This document shows, piece after piece, positions 15,660 to 33,450 of a stretch of 64,000 bases of DNA. Where the stretch lies: assembly GCF_009914755.1 (NCBI RefSeq), contig NC_060940.1; one strand, written 5' to 3'. Every line of letters starts with the position of its first letter. Position 1 is the first letter of the stretch. Position numbers and translations under genes: made by a program. The notes beneath the pieces are model-generated. The model made no database searches. It was given only the letters and a program-made list of their open reading frames with translations, and was not told the origin of the DNA. Source of the stretch: the human T2T-CHM13v2.0 reference genome, Homo sapiens.

Positions 15660-16120
15660 CCCTCCACTCTGTTTCCTGGTTACCTTCTGCCTGATTCATT
15701 TTGATCTAGACACACTGGCTTCCATTCTTTTCCATGAACAAGCCAAGCTCCTTCCCACCTCTGGGCCTTTGCACACGCAGTTTCCTCCACCTGGAATGCT
15801 GCTCCCAGATCTTTTTACAACACATTTCCTCTCATCTGTTGAGCCTCACCTTACACGTTACCCTTTCAGAAAGATTTTCCCGTTCATGTCCTCTCCGCTA
15901 CATTATTCTCCCTCCCATCACCCTCTCTAACATCATAGTCCTCACCATTCCTGAAATGATCTTTGTTACTTACTGGGTGGCATGTTTAGAGGCTGCTTTC
16001 CCCACTGGCTCTGTGACAGTGACTTTGTCATGGTAACTCAACATTCTGTTTCCTGTGGCCTGAAGATTGCCGGGTATATACTAAGTGCTCCATGAATATT
16101 TGTTGGAAGATTCAATGAAT
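15660..16120 (+). mobile_element. L2 3' fragment
   Basis: CACACTGGCTTCC...GGGCCTTTGCACACGCAGTTTCCTCCACCTGGAATGCT...GTGCTCCATGAATATTTGTTGG. Confidence 0.75.
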
Positions 16121-16281
16121 CATATCTTACCAATGCAATATTGGAAGCCTAGAGAAATGAAATAACGTTTTCACAATTGCACAGAGTAACAGATGCTTTC
16201 AGTGCTTCCCTTGTATCTTCTAACCCTTTACCTCTTAAGCATCCACTGACCCATCCAAATGTAGTTGCATTCTCTTTCTGA

Positions 16282-16605
<324 letters not shown>

Positions 16606-16639
16606 TGAGGTCTTTTTCTGGTTGTACTGTCTTTGCCCA

Positions 16640-17157
16640 CCCGTATGATGGCTTGGAAGTCTTGGAGGAATCAACACCTGCCCTGGGAGCATCCCTCCAC
16701 CAGGAACTGATGAGAGTTGGTGTATGTGGATAACTACCCCATCTCCCTCACCCCTTAGGTCAGATAACTATGAAGCAAGAGCTGGTATGTGCATCTTTCC
16801 CCAAGTCCTTGTTCAGGGACAAGGTAGTGTGAAATCAGCCATGGTGGGAGGATTTACACCATGGATATGGGCAGACACTACAAATCTGGGCTTTTAATAT
16901 TTTTCTGCAGTGTTGGTTGTTAAACATCTACCAGCACATTGCTAGAGATGTTCTACAGTGTATCCTAGAGTTTTCCAGCAAGTTTAAGCTCCAGTTATTG
17001 TCCCAAGTGGTAACTTGTTTTATAATATGCCCTTTACTGGCTGCCTCCCTGACCTATTTCATTTCCTGTGTCATGTTTCATTTACCTCCCACATAGATGA
17101 CTTACTCTTGGAGTCTTGTCTCAGGGTCTGATTCTTGGGAAACCCCGATGAAGGCAT
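16640..17157 (+). mobile_element. LTR16C-like ERVL LTR with nested MER63 fragment (~16780-16942)
   Basis: End CTTGTCTCAGGGTCTGATTCTTGGGAAACCC; insert GAAATCAGCCATGGTGGGAGGATTTACACC...GGTTGTTAAACATCTACCAGCAC matches MER63 3' end. Confidence 0.7.
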
Positions 17158-17354
17158 ACAACTAGTATGCGATAAAACCAGCATTTAAACCTAGGAAGGT
17201 CTGACTCCAAATCCACGTGTATTTTACTAATACTCCACTGCCTCTTGTGTCTGACCAGTTCTTTGCCAATACACTGTGACAGGAGTCCTTTAAGGAGTGA
17301 GACAAATGCATTATATTGATGAAAGTAGCTTGCAATTAAGAAGTTAGCCTTCTA

Positions 17355-17834
<480 letters not shown>

Positions 17835-18694
17835 TCAGCAGCAGGCTTCCACTTCATGCTTGTTATAATTTACTGTTTATAGTTCCTAACTCTCTGCTTA
17901 CACGCTGGTTTGAATATTCAAGGGTCTCACCAAGTGGTGAGGCACTGGACACAATGATGATGTTGGGTGCAAATGAATAGGGCTTCAGCTGGAAAGGGGC
18001 AAGGGGCAGACTGGAAAGAGCTTAGGCTTTAGACCTCTGTACTGGTCAGGACACTTTGGTTCACAAGGGAGAGAAACTCAGTGCAAGCTAGCCTAGGCAG
18101 AAAAGAAAAAAGAACTTAATGCCTGGGGAAATTGGAAGGTTGAAGGATGTGTAGTTAGCTTCAGGTATGGCTCGATCAAGGATTACTCGCTAATAAAGCC
18201 TCTCTCCTTCACTAGAATAGAAGCTCTGTAAAGACAGGCACCTTGTCTGCCCTATTCATAGCTGCATCCTCCATCATATAGAATAATGCCTGGCACACAG
18301 TGATAATAAAAATTATAGAGCATGTCATATGGGCATGCCACTGTTCTTAGTTTATCCACTTAACCCAATGAGGTAGGCAATTATTAATTATAATCCCCAT
18401 TTTTCTGGGTGGAGAAACCAAGGCACTGAGAAGTCATTTAGCTGATAAGCAGGGTAACTGGGATTTGAACCTAGGACCTCTTGCTCCAGAGTCTGTGCTC
18501 ATAACCATGCTGCTATATTAACTCAGTAAGTAGTTGTTGATTGAGTGAATGAATAACTGACTAATGATGAAACTTGCCAGACACAGAGTATTCAGTAACT
18601 AGGAGTGCTGACATTTATTTGAGTGGCCTCTGTTTTCTGTGTCCCATTAGCTTTGGGTGCTGGTGTCTTCATCTGCAGGATTCCATATATTTAG

Positions 18695-19078
<384 letters not shown>

Positions 19079-19865
19079 TAAGTTCCTGAGATCCAGGGGT
19101 TGTTTGTTACTGCAGCATAGTCTAACCCATCCTGTGTAGAAGCCCTTACTTACTTAGGATGTGTCATTGAGTTCAGAGAGAGGCAGTAGAGGAAAGGGCC
19201 CAGACTTTAAAATCAGAGAGATGAAATTCCAACTCTCCACTCACTAGCTGTGTGACCTTGGGTAAGTTCCTTAACCTCTCTGAGCCTCACTCTGCATTCT
19301 CACTAGTGAAATTACAACTGTAATTGCTACTCCATGAAATTGCTTTGACTACTAAAATAGGAAACCCTGTCAAGGGTATAACATAGTAGGTGTTGATGTA
19401 TGTTGGCTATTACTTTTGCTATTATGTAGCAAAGCATAGATTACTTTGGCTATTTTGAAAAAACCTGTTGCTATCAATTAAGGATAGAGTGGCTAAATTA
19501 AGTAAATTCTGTAAGCAAACAAGGATGGGTCTTTAATTCTCCTCCACTTTTGATTTATGGCTGAAGATTTGACAGTTATCTGAAGTCTGACTAGCTTGAA
19601 AACCAAGACATCTGTGATTAGACTTACCTTTTGTTCTTCCCATTAGTGTAATACATTGTTTTAGGACATCTCTGCCAACCCACTCCCCCAATATCCATCT
19701 AGCTTGGAGCCTTTATGGCCTTCATAAGGACCCGGCTTCCCCCTTGGTCTTTAAAATTAGACAACAGATGTTCATAATCGAACCTGTCTTGGTTCCAGAA
19801 AGTCTGAGATGTTCAGAAATAATCAGAACGTCTCTATAAATATCATAAAGGATATATCATTTTGG

Positions 19866-20545
<680 letters not shown>

Positions 20546-20802
20546 TCTGGAGAAGCAGACAACAGAGGCCTCTTGTGAATATTGAGGAGAAGGTTGTATG
20601 TGTGTTCATGTGCGTGAGATCCAAGTGGAGAGCATGGGAACCTAGCTCAATTTTCCCTTGAGGTGAGCTTGAAGCTTTGGGTATCTTCCTCTCAGAGAAC
20701 GTAAACCCATTTTTCCAACATTGTTGTAAAATATTCTGTTCCCACCTTTCCCACAATCAGCTTGCCTGACCCCACCACAGGGTGTGTCATCTTGTGCTTC
20801 TG

Positions 20803-20804
<2 letters not shown>

Positions 20805-20848
<44 letters not shown>
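20805..20848. repeat. (CA)~22 microsatellite
   Basis: Uninterrupted CA run. Confidence 0.97.
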
Positions 20849-20851
<3 letters not shown>

Positions 20852-21342
20852 CAGAGCCCTGCCATCTGAAGGCAGCCAGCTCCAGAAAGGCCAACCCTTA
20901 GCTGTAACTCAGCATAGCACTGTTCATGATCTTTGGTTTCCATTTCTAGGCTGGTTTCCTTTTTTGTTTTGTTTTTTCCTTTGCCAAGACTGTAGTTGAA
21001 ATAGGATAAAGGATTTATTTTTCCATAACAAGGTAGGAGAAAGGGTGCTAGGTTACAAGCACCCTGTCAATATCAGAGTTGGAAGCTTCTTCCTACCATC
21101 AGGTGTGTGTTGTGAAAGGAACGAGGGGTTCAGGCAAGTATTTCCCAGCAGGTGGGAAGGGGTCTTGATGGGATGGAAACTAGGAAAACAAACCAGATTC
21201 CCTGAGGGAAAATCAACTGTTCCTGAACTGTTATCAGTGTGGGAGTAGGGTTCACAGATTTCATATTCTAAACATGTTTGTGTGTGGTGTGTGCACACAC
21301 ACCTACTATGTGGCAGAGCCTGTCATAAGTGGTGATGGATTC

Positions 21343-22214
<872 letters not shown>

Positions 22215-22215
22215 C

Positions 22216-22675
22216 TGTCAACCTAAAAGGAAGAAGCTGAGGCAAAATTAATGTAAGTAAAGACTCTGTTTGGGCCAAGCTTGAGGACTGTAGCCAGGGA
22301 GCGTAGATTCAAGTTTCCCTGAATATACACTCCAATTAGCAGCAGTTACAAGTGGATTTATAAAGGCAAAAAAGGGGGACATGGAGTGGGCTGGTACACA
22401 GTTGGTTGTCAGGAATTCTCACTGGTTTTCAGAAATAACATTGACGAGTGATTGGCTATACATTGTTAAGCTATTAGGTGTGGGTTATAGCATCCAGTGG
22501 GGCATTATTAGATTAATTTATAGCTACTTGTGGCAATGGCAAGCAGTTTTAAGAAATGAATACCGAGCTCAAAGGGGGTATGTAGGACATGATTGCTATC
22601 TCATTCTATTGCCTCTCTGGGCCTAATAATTTAAAAGGCTTGTATTCCTCAGATGAAAGTTCTGTTCTTTTCTCA
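22216..22675 (-). mobile_element. MER65-like ERV1 solo LTR
   Basis: TGTCAACCT...GGGCCAAGCTTGAGGACTG...CCTCAGATGAAAGTTCTGTTCTTTTCTCA; 4-bp TSD GCAC. Confidence 0.75.
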
Positions 22676-24139
22676 GCACCTTGAATGGCTGGAGAGAGCA
22701 CCACCCCATCCTTGACCATGCTGAGTGCTGGCTGGACTTCAACTGGGCCAGTACTCCCTTTTCCCTTGTGGAAGGTCCCCTGATTAATGCTTACCTGAAC
22801 GCCTGCTCTTCCTTCAGTCCCCAGTTCTCTGCATTCCCCAGCACTGGGAACAGAGACAGCATGTCTGTGTTATACAATAGGGAAGAGTATGGGCTCTGGG
22901 TTTAAACTTTGACTCTGCCCCCTTGTTAGCCCAGCGACTGTGAGCAAGTCATTTCACTTCACCCAACTTGTTTTCCTTTTTGTACATTGGAGGTTACTAA
23001 AAGCACCTTACCTGTCCAATTGTAGAGAGGATTAGGTGTATTAATGGGCATGGCACAGTAAACACTCACAAAATGCTAGCTACTATTAATTGTCAAGATT
23101 ATGTTGGTTGCAAGGAGCAGAAACTCATATGGAAGTCATTTAGGCAATAAAAGGGGATAATTTATTGACTCTCATAACCAAATCCAGGAAGGTAGGAGAG
23201 CAGTTGAGTGGCAGGGGCAACTGGAAAGAGACCATTCCCCATGTCTGTCTGTCTGTCATATCTTTTTTATTTTTATATATGTATTTTTTTACCATGGTGG
23301 GTTTTTTTTTGTTTCTTTTCTTTTTTTGGTTGTTTTTTCCATCCTTGGCTAGAACCATGGCTGCCAACAAGCTTCTCTGTTTCATAATGGGAGACCTTCT
23401 CATGTGGTTATGATGTGAAAAAAATCCCAGGGAAGGACTCTGATTGGTTCAGCTCAGGTCACATAGCCACCCACGTGGCCAGGTCAGGGGCTGGGGTGCT
23501 TAGGTGGGGCAGGGGGTTCTGGGTAGATAAAAATAATTAATGCCTTCTGCCTTATCTAAATGTTCTTTGTACTATGCCTGGCACTTGGTAGAAATTAAAC
23601 AAATTCCCCTTTTTCCCTTTCTGTTTGACCCTCATGTCTACTTTTTATTACATAAAAGAGTAATCCAGAAAAGAAAGTCAGCTCATTGGAGACACTGGGT
23701 AGGGAGAAAAAGCTTTTTATAGAATATTAGGTAGGAGTAGTGGCTTAGGATGGTAAGAGCTCTGCACGAAAGGAAGACATTACGGTCTAAGGCCACCTGG
23801 GAGATCTGAGTCAAGCAGCTCTATCCCTTCCTGAGGACAAAAGAGATTTCAGGCAATGACTCATTTGTTTGGAGAGCTAATTGACAAGACATATTAAGAG
23901 TTTTAGCAATTGTTCATGCTTTTTGATCCAACAAATTCACTTCTAGAGTGTCAAGAACTGTGCTGGTCTAAGATATTATCCTACATGGAGGCTAGTGAGT
24001 TTTATGGATGTGGGCAGAAGACATGAGACTCTGGATTGAGAGATAAAGGACTTTATTTTTCATGGCACAACAGGAAGCTTGAGCTTCATGTCTGCACCAG
24101 TTCCCTTTGACCCCCAAGTCCCTCAAGGGTGACACAGGT

Positions 24140-25110
<971 letters not shown>

Positions 25111-25235
25111 TGGATGGATCCAGGTAGAATCTGTGCCTGCAGTGGATTTGCATCACACCTGAGGAACCCCAAGTTTAGGAATCTTGGTCTTTTCAACCTT
25201 TACCCTGGATGGAGGGAGACATTGTCATTATAATC

Positions 25236-25566
<331 letters not shown>

Positions 25567-26013
25567 CGGAGATATTATTATTATAATCCTAATCAGCAAA
25601 TAAATCTGTCTTCTACTATACTAGCCCTATCTTCTAATGCTATTAGCTATACAAACATCCTTATAAAGACGGTCTAGAACAAAAGCTGACACAAGATGTG
25701 CAGAAATGTAAGAGACACATGGGGAATTGTTGCACAGCATAGAGAATCTTTCCTAAGGAAACTACATCTGAAACACACACAGAAAATGTATTCTTAAAGC
25801 AACAATAGTTCAGCATTAGGGGAAGAGGTTAAACAGACTGTTGTTGGGATACTCTTCTGTTTCTAAACATGTTTCTGAAGATCTTGGAATGGGAAGTGTA
25901 AACGTTCAACTTAAAATGTAAAGTGGAACAAAAAGCTGCAAAACTTGAATATATGTTTTTATTAACTATGTACAGACATCTATTCTAGGAAACCTGGGAG
26001 GGAGACGTGCTAA

Positions 26014-26370
26014 AATGTTCATAGTCTTTCTCTGGGCGATGAGTCTAGGATCCACTGTTTTTCTTCATTTGGAATGTTCATAGTCCTCCTCTGGGCAATG
26101 AGTCTAGGATCAACTGTTTTTCTTCATGTGGAATGTTCATAGTCTTCCTCTGGGCAATGAGTCTAGGAGCCACTGTTTTTCTTCATTTGGAATGTTCATA
26201 GTCCTCCTCTGGGCAATGAGTCTAGGATCAACTGTTTTTCTTCATGTGGAATGTTCATAGTCTTCCTCTGGGCAATGAGTCTAGGAGCCACTGTTTTTCT
26301 TCATGTGGAATGTTCATAGTCTTCCTCTGGGCAATGAGTCTAGGATCAACTGTTTTTCTTCATTTGGAAT
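26014..26370. repeat. Minisatellite, 6 x 59 bp
   Basis: Unit AATGTTCATAGTCYTCCTCTGGGCAATGAGTCTAGGAKCMACTGTTTTTCTTCATKTGG starting at 26014, 26073, 26132, 26191, 26250, 26309. Confidence 0.97.
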
Positions 26371-26884
26371 TTTTTTTTTCAGTTTTTCTATAATGAACAT
26401 GTATTACATTTATAATAGAAAATAACAAGATAAATTATTTCTGAAAGCAGTGCCCAGCATCCAGAATTTGGCAAAAACAGGAGAAGAAAGCATAAAACAA
26501 GCAGGGAAAAAGGTTTTCAGTTAAATTAGATGTCCAATGAAGAGATCAGCTTGGCTGCAAAATCTCTTTTTGACAGACAATTAGTTCTGGGCAAGTCAAA
26601 TGTTTCAACAGTGCGTTCTTCTGGGGCAATTAAAGTAATTCATACTTGATGTGCGGAAATGTGGTAATTGGGAAAGTTCCCCAAATGGCAGTTGAAACTG
26701 GGCTGGTTGTGTTTGGAGAAGTTAAGTCATGCCCTTGACAAGCCATCTATCTGAGTCTACTGAAGAGGGCTTGGGCTGGGTGATTTTAAGATGGAATTTT
26801 CCACTGGGCGTAGGAAGTGATGTTGGGAATGGACTAGAAGGGTCAACAGTGACAACATTAACAGCATTTATTGTAATATAAATA

Positions 26885-27312
26885 CAGTTGGCCCTTGAAC
26901 AACATGGATTTGAACCGCATGGGTCCACTTATACATGGATTTTTTTCTGTTTTTGCCACCTCTGAGACGGCGAAACCAATTCCTCCTCTTCCTCCTCTTC
27001 CTCAGTCTCCTCAATGTGAAGACAATGAGGATGAAGACATTTATGATGATCCACTTCCACTTAATGAATAATAAATACATTTTCTCTTCCTTATGATTTT
27101 CTTAATCATATATTGTTTTCTCTAGCTTATTTTATTGTAAAAATACAGTGTATAATCATATAAAATACAACATATGTGTATATTGTTTGTGTTATTGGTA
27201 AGACTTCTGGTCAACAATAGGTTATTAGTAGCTACGTTTTGGGGGAGTCAAAAGTTATAGGTGGATTTCCAACTGTGAGGGGGTTGGCATCACAGTCATT
27301 CATGGGTCAACC
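26885..27312 (+). mobile_element. Tigger2a DNA transposon
   Basis: TA then CAGTTGGCCCTTGAACAACATGGATTTGAAC...GATGATCCACTTCCACTTAATGAATA...GGGAGTCAAAAGTTATA...GGGTCAAC. Confidence 0.85.
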
Positions 27313-28470
27313 ATTGTGTCAATAACAATCATACCACACATATTTTGAGTGCCACATGTTGCACTAAGCACTTATGTATCTATTAATTTCTACAACTATC
27401 CCGTGCAATAGATACGATTGGAGTTTCCGTCTTACTGATAAGGAAACTGAGGGCCAGAGAGGTCAATTGAGTTGTCCAAGGTCACACAGCCAGTTAGTAA
27501 TGGAGCTGGAATCTGAATCCATGCAATCTGACCCTTGTTCAATGCTCCTAGACTTATGTGCTGGATTTTTTTTTTTTTTGAAATAACAATGTTTTATACC
27601 TCTATCTTTACTTTCCTAGATAAGGGCATCTGATTTCCCTCCATGGCAAGCAAGTTATGTTGTATTTGCTACATTTGAGAGGGAAAAAAGCTGAAGTTCA
27701 GAACGGATTAGAAATTTCCCAAGGCCACACAGTGAAAGAATAGAAAGTTTCCTTTTTTAAATGGCGGAGCTTTTATATCAATGCTGTTTGTAAATTTTAG
27801 TTGGCAATGTCTGTTATATTCCATGAAACTGAATGAGAGGTGAGGTGGTATATTAGCCAAAACTCTCTCAGCTACATCTTGCTATTGTTCCATGCAACTT
27901 CAAAGCCCACAGATAGACTGGACTTCAAGTATGGCTGGATCCAGATGCTTAAATGATATGCTTTGAAATCTGTCTGATCTCTACTTCTCAGCTCTCTTTT
28001 CATCCATGTTGGCTTCATTATCAGGCCCTTTTCTTATGCCATCAGCAGCTGCTGACTTACCTCCTACCAGCTTAGTAATCCCAGGGGAAAATGAACTTAC
28101 CTTTGCCAAAAGCACTGGCATAAGAAGCTGACTCTCATTGCATTGTAAGAGTCAGGTGCCCATCTCTGAACGAATTATTGTGGCTAAGGAAGTAGAAGAG
28201 GGTGATTAGTCAGTCCTGATCATGTGCTCAGCTCTAGCTTTAGAAGATGGTGCTATCCAAACTCCATGAATGAACAGTGAAGGAAGGACCATTGTTCAAA
28301 AGTAAGTGGAAATGCTGTTTCCAGGAAAGCAGAATGGGAGGAGGAAGTGGGGGGAGGGGGGAAGGGATTCAAGGGGTGGGAGCTGGAATGGAATTAGCCC
28401 TAAATAGTTGGAGTTTGGAGGGTGTAAGTAAGTGTGAGCTGAATGCCGAAAGCAGAGTTGCAAGATGGTG

Positions 28471-28864
28471 TGTCAGCCCAGTTCTGAGAAACAAACTCCC
28501 ATACAGGATTACACATATGTGATTTTTATTAAGGGAAATGCCCTTGAGAGAAAGCAAAGAAGGTGCCACATAAAGCTGGGAGAACCTGAGACAGTAATGC
28601 AAGTCTGACTCTGAGTAAAAGAGAGAGGAGAAAAAAGTTAGGGTGCGAACACCATAGGGAAGTCCCTAAGCCAAAGCCGGGGACAGGGGAATCCTGTGTC
28701 TCCCGGGGAGGGGTCTGCTTTAGTGTCCCTGCCATGCTCAGTCATTAGCCAGGAGCACCTCATGGAAGGAAGCATATGGATTCCCCAGCGCAGCAGCTGG
28801 GGCCCTGGTTAATTACACTCCCAGTAGAGGGAGGTCGATGAGGCCCATTCTCAGGGCCACCACA
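28471..28864 (-). mobile_element. LTR16-family ERVL solo LTR
   Basis: TG...CA ends with 5-bp TSD TGGTG; GCTCAGTCATTAGCCAGGAGC and GCAGCAGCTGGGGCC motifs. Confidence 0.75.
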
Positions 28865-28879
28865 TGGTGAGCCATGCAG

Positions 28880-29508
<629 letters not shown>

Positions 29509-30008
29509 CCTTAAATTCATCTGAGAAACAAACTATGGCAGTCAGGTTCAGCCATAGAATCTAATGGGAAGGAGCAAAGCTGGAGATTGAGCGACTAAGC
29601 TAGAGGTTGATAAAGCAGGAATAGAGCAGGTAGCTGGAGTCTGAGCAGACAGACTTCAGGGCTTGTCTGCCTTCCTAAGAGCTCCTTTGCTGGCTGGGTG
29701 AAGTCACTGAGAACCTAAGCAGAGGGTGTCAGTTCTAGCCTTCCTGGAGAAATCTTAGTTGAGATGGATGTTTAGAGCTGGTGGACACTGCCTTTGTGTC
29801 AAGCCAGTCTAGGAGTCACAGCAATATTTGGACACTGGTTGAAAGTTGTTCCATTCCATCCCACTTGCTCAGCAATTTGGACAAGTGTGGGTTTAGGTTA
29901 TTTTAATTGGTTAATACCCTTTTGTTTAGGTGCTCTCCTTTCCTCTTCCACATGGTTCAGTAAGGCTGCCAATTCTAGAGCTCTTTCTTCTCCTATGAAA
30001 GTCATGGA

Positions 30009-30365
30009 TGTCTTAGGCTGGGTTTTCCCAGAGGCAGATCCTGTGATGAGGATTTCCATGTAATGGTTTATTTGTAGGGTGACTCTGGGAAGCACCAGTA
30101 GGAGAATGGGAGTGTATTAGTCAGGGTTCTTTAGAGAAGTAGAACCAATAGAATAGCACACACACATACACACACACATATGCATATACATACACACACA
30201 CACACACACACACATATATAAGCATATGGGGAATCCATATGCTTCCTTCCATGAGGTGCTCCTGGCTAATGACTGAGCATGGCAGGGACACTAAAGCAGA
30301 CCTCTCCCCAGGAGACACAGGATTCCCCTGTCCCCAGCTTTGGCTTAGAGACTTCTCTATGGTCC

Positions 30366-30422
<57 letters not shown>

Positions 30423-31405
30423 CACACATATACATGTGTGTATATATACACACATATACATGTGTGTATATATACACACATGTATATGTACACACACATA
30501 TGTGTGTGTATGTGTGTATATATATATATACACATACATATATGTATCTATATGCACTTTTATATACATACATTCACATACATATATGTATCTATATGCA
30601 CTTTTATATATATGTGTGTGTGTGTGTGTATGCAATTATGGAGGCTGACAAGTCCTAAGATCTGCAGGATGAGTCAGTAAGCTGGAGACCCAGGAGACCC
30701 AGTGGTGTAGTTCCAGTCTGAAAACCAGCAGGCTTGAGATCCAGAAAGAGCCGTGTTTCAGTTTGAGTCTAAAGGCAGGAAAATTTTGACGTTTCAGCTT
30801 GAAGGCCCTCAGGCAGGAGGAGATCTCTCTGACTCAGGCAAGGGTTGGCCTTTTGTTCTATTTAGACCTTCAACTGATTGGATGAGGACCATGCACATCT
30901 GGAGTGCAACCTGCTTTCCTCCGTCTACCCATTTAAATGTTAATCTCGTCTGAAAACACCTTCACGGGAACACCCAGAATAATGTTTTACCAATTATCTG
31001 GGCACTCAGCGTCCCAGTCAGGTTGACACATAAAATTAACCATCACAGGGCAAAATGAGACAAGGAAATCTAAACCAGAATAGAGCAAGGTAATGAGTAA
31101 GTTACTTCTATGGGCAGCCGGGGCTTGGTCCTTTTGATGGGCTTTGGTTGATGGCATGGAACACACCTCAAATTGTCCCACCTGAGTGTTGAGAAAACTG
31201 AGATATTTATCTTTCATCACTCATCTGACATTGACCAAGGGATGCTCTCAGGGACTTTGACATCCTTGAACTTCTGGCCTGTCTTGCCGAGGCCAAGAAA
31301 AGGCCTTCAGGTGGGGAGTTGCAGGTGCTTGCAGAGGGATGCCTTCAGCTTGTATGGGATGGGGAGGGTCCAAGGGACATGGGTGGCCATTGCCAGTGTC
31401 TGCTA
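30009..31405 (-). mobile_element. LTR16-like LTR hosting MLT2B
   Basis: TGTCTTAGGCTGGGTTTTCCCAGAGGCAGATCCTG start, resumes after 31047. Confidence 0.65.
30113..31047 (-). mobile_element. MLT2B LTR with expanded internal CA/TA/TG microsatellite (30157-30631)
   Basis: TGTATTAGTCAGGGTTCT...AGAACCAATAG; ends GTTGACACATAAAATTAACCATCACA. Confidence 0.85.
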
Positions 31406-31628
31406 TGGTTGGTAAGTGGCACATATCTGGTCAAACATCAGGATCTATCCACCCAGCAGTGTTGGACCTTGGAGTGGCACAGGCATCAGAATCTTCCCTG
31501 GGGATTAACTTATTGTGGTTCTTGAACAGAGAGGATATATATCTGGAGGTGCCAGCCTCTACTTGCCCTCCCACATGGAGAGAGATGGAGAATAAGGCTG
31601 AGCAAAGACAAACAGTGAAGAGAAATGG

Positions 31629-31659
31629 AGACAGAGAGAGGGAGAGAGAGAGTGAGAGA

Positions 31660-31740
<81 letters not shown>
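31629..31740. repeat. (GA)n purine tract
   Basis: GAGA run with GACA/GTGA interruptions. Confidence 0.95.
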
Positions 31741-31743
<3 letters not shown>

Positions 31744-31806
31744 ACATGTACTTTGAGGCAGTGAGTCCTGTTTCTAGTCCCTGGGGCTCTGGTTCTTTTC
31801 TCTTCC

Positions 31807-32200
31807 TGTCTTAGTCTGTTTTTGCTGCTGTAACAAAATACCCAAGACTAGATAACTTATAAAGGACAGAAACTTATTTCTCACCGTTCTGGAGGCTGAG
31901 GAGTCCAGGGTCAAGGCACAGGCACATTTTGTGTCTGGTAAGGGGCTCTGTTCCTTGCTTCTAAGGTGGTACCTTGTGTCCTCTGGAGGGCATGAATGCT
32001 GTATCCTCATATGTGGAAGTTGGAAGGGCAAAAGGGCCTAAGTTAGTTCCCTCTACCCCTTTATAAGGCATGAATTCATTCCTTAAGGGCCAAGCCCTCC
32101 TGACTGAATCACTTCCTAAAAGGCCTCACCTCTTAATACCACTGCAATGAGGATTAAGTTTCAACATGAATTTTGGAGGAGACACGTTCAAACCTTAGCA
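31807..32200 (-). mobile_element. MST-family MaLR LTR
   Basis: TGTCTTAGTCTGTTTTTGCTGCTGTAACAAAATACC...TTCAAACCTTAGCA. Confidence 0.82.
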
Positions 32201-33396
32201 TTCCCTTTCCGTAAATGACCTCAGCTGGATAAACCAGTATATTCGTTTCTTGATTAATTTAGCCAGAGTTAGATTTCTGGGCATGCAACCAAAAGCTCTT
32301 ACTAACAGTTATTGTGGTGGGATAGGGATGAGGGGAAGGGAGATTGGGATTGAGAGAGAGATTGCCCTGGGCCTAAGAGCTTTCTCTCCTTATTACATCC
32401 CAGTGCCTGAGATTTAAGTTGCTAGAAGGAAGATGAGTTTATGGTGGAAATTTGTAACCGACCATTAACTAGAATGGCGCAGCTAAGCCCCTGTGCCTGA
32501 CCAATTGTTAGGACTTAAAGAAATAGCAATAAAGAAAGAGCTTTTAGTTTCAGAGCTTAATTAGCCATTCTTTTCCTTCCTGACTTTTAGTTTTATGACT
32601 CTAGCTTCCAGGATAGAATTTTATTGTAGTCAGATACAAATTAAACCCAAACAAGGACTCTCCCGTGTTTCTGTTTCTTCAATTTAAATTTATTCTTTGT
32701 AGGGTGACACTAAGTACCACAGTATATGTCACATGTAAGAACAGTAAATTTTTAAAAAAGAGAGACAGGGCAAGCATTTATCATTGTGATCTCTTCTCTA
32801 AACATAATGGGAACTTAGGTTAATTAAAAAAAAAAGTTAATGCCGTTGTTTTTTGCCTTAAGAAAGGTAGGGTTTTTATCTGAAGTGCTCTGAGAATTGG
32901 CACTCTTAAATCTGCAATGATGAGAAATAACAGTAGCTACCATTTGTTGAAAATCTATTAGTAGTATGCTAGGTCCTTAACCTTCAGTATCTCTAATTAC
33001 CCCAAGACACTTGAAGGATGGATGGTCTAAAGTTTCCATGTGTGCAAAATGATAGCTCTGAGAAGACTTAACCAATGTTTCAAAGATTTAAAAAAAAAAA
33101 AAAAGGAATTGGAGCCAGTTTGCATTAAGACCTTTTGAACTCCAAAAAATCTATCTATGTGCTTCCGACTTGAAAAGGGTATGTTTTGCATGCTGGATAT
33201 GGGTTTGGTGGAGGTGCTGGTGTATACACTGTATGTTTCAATGCTAGACATCGTGCTGGGTACTGGACTTAGTAGGCACCTGATCGCATTTCTGTTCGGC
33301 AAATTCAGAAAATGTGAGTGACTGAAACTTCATTAGGTTGAAGGGGAATTTACCTTTTCACTACGTCTGAGCAAAGGGTTTATTCGGTAAGGTATA

Positions 33397-33450
33397 TTTA
33401 TATTATATTATATTATATTATATTATATTATATTATATTATATTATATTA
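33397..33450. repeat. (TATTA)n pentanucleotide repeat
   Basis: About 10 perfect units. Confidence 0.95.

Noticed and set aside
26014-26370. CRISPR-like array
   Set aside because: Units are contiguous with no unique spacers; eukaryotic minisatellite.
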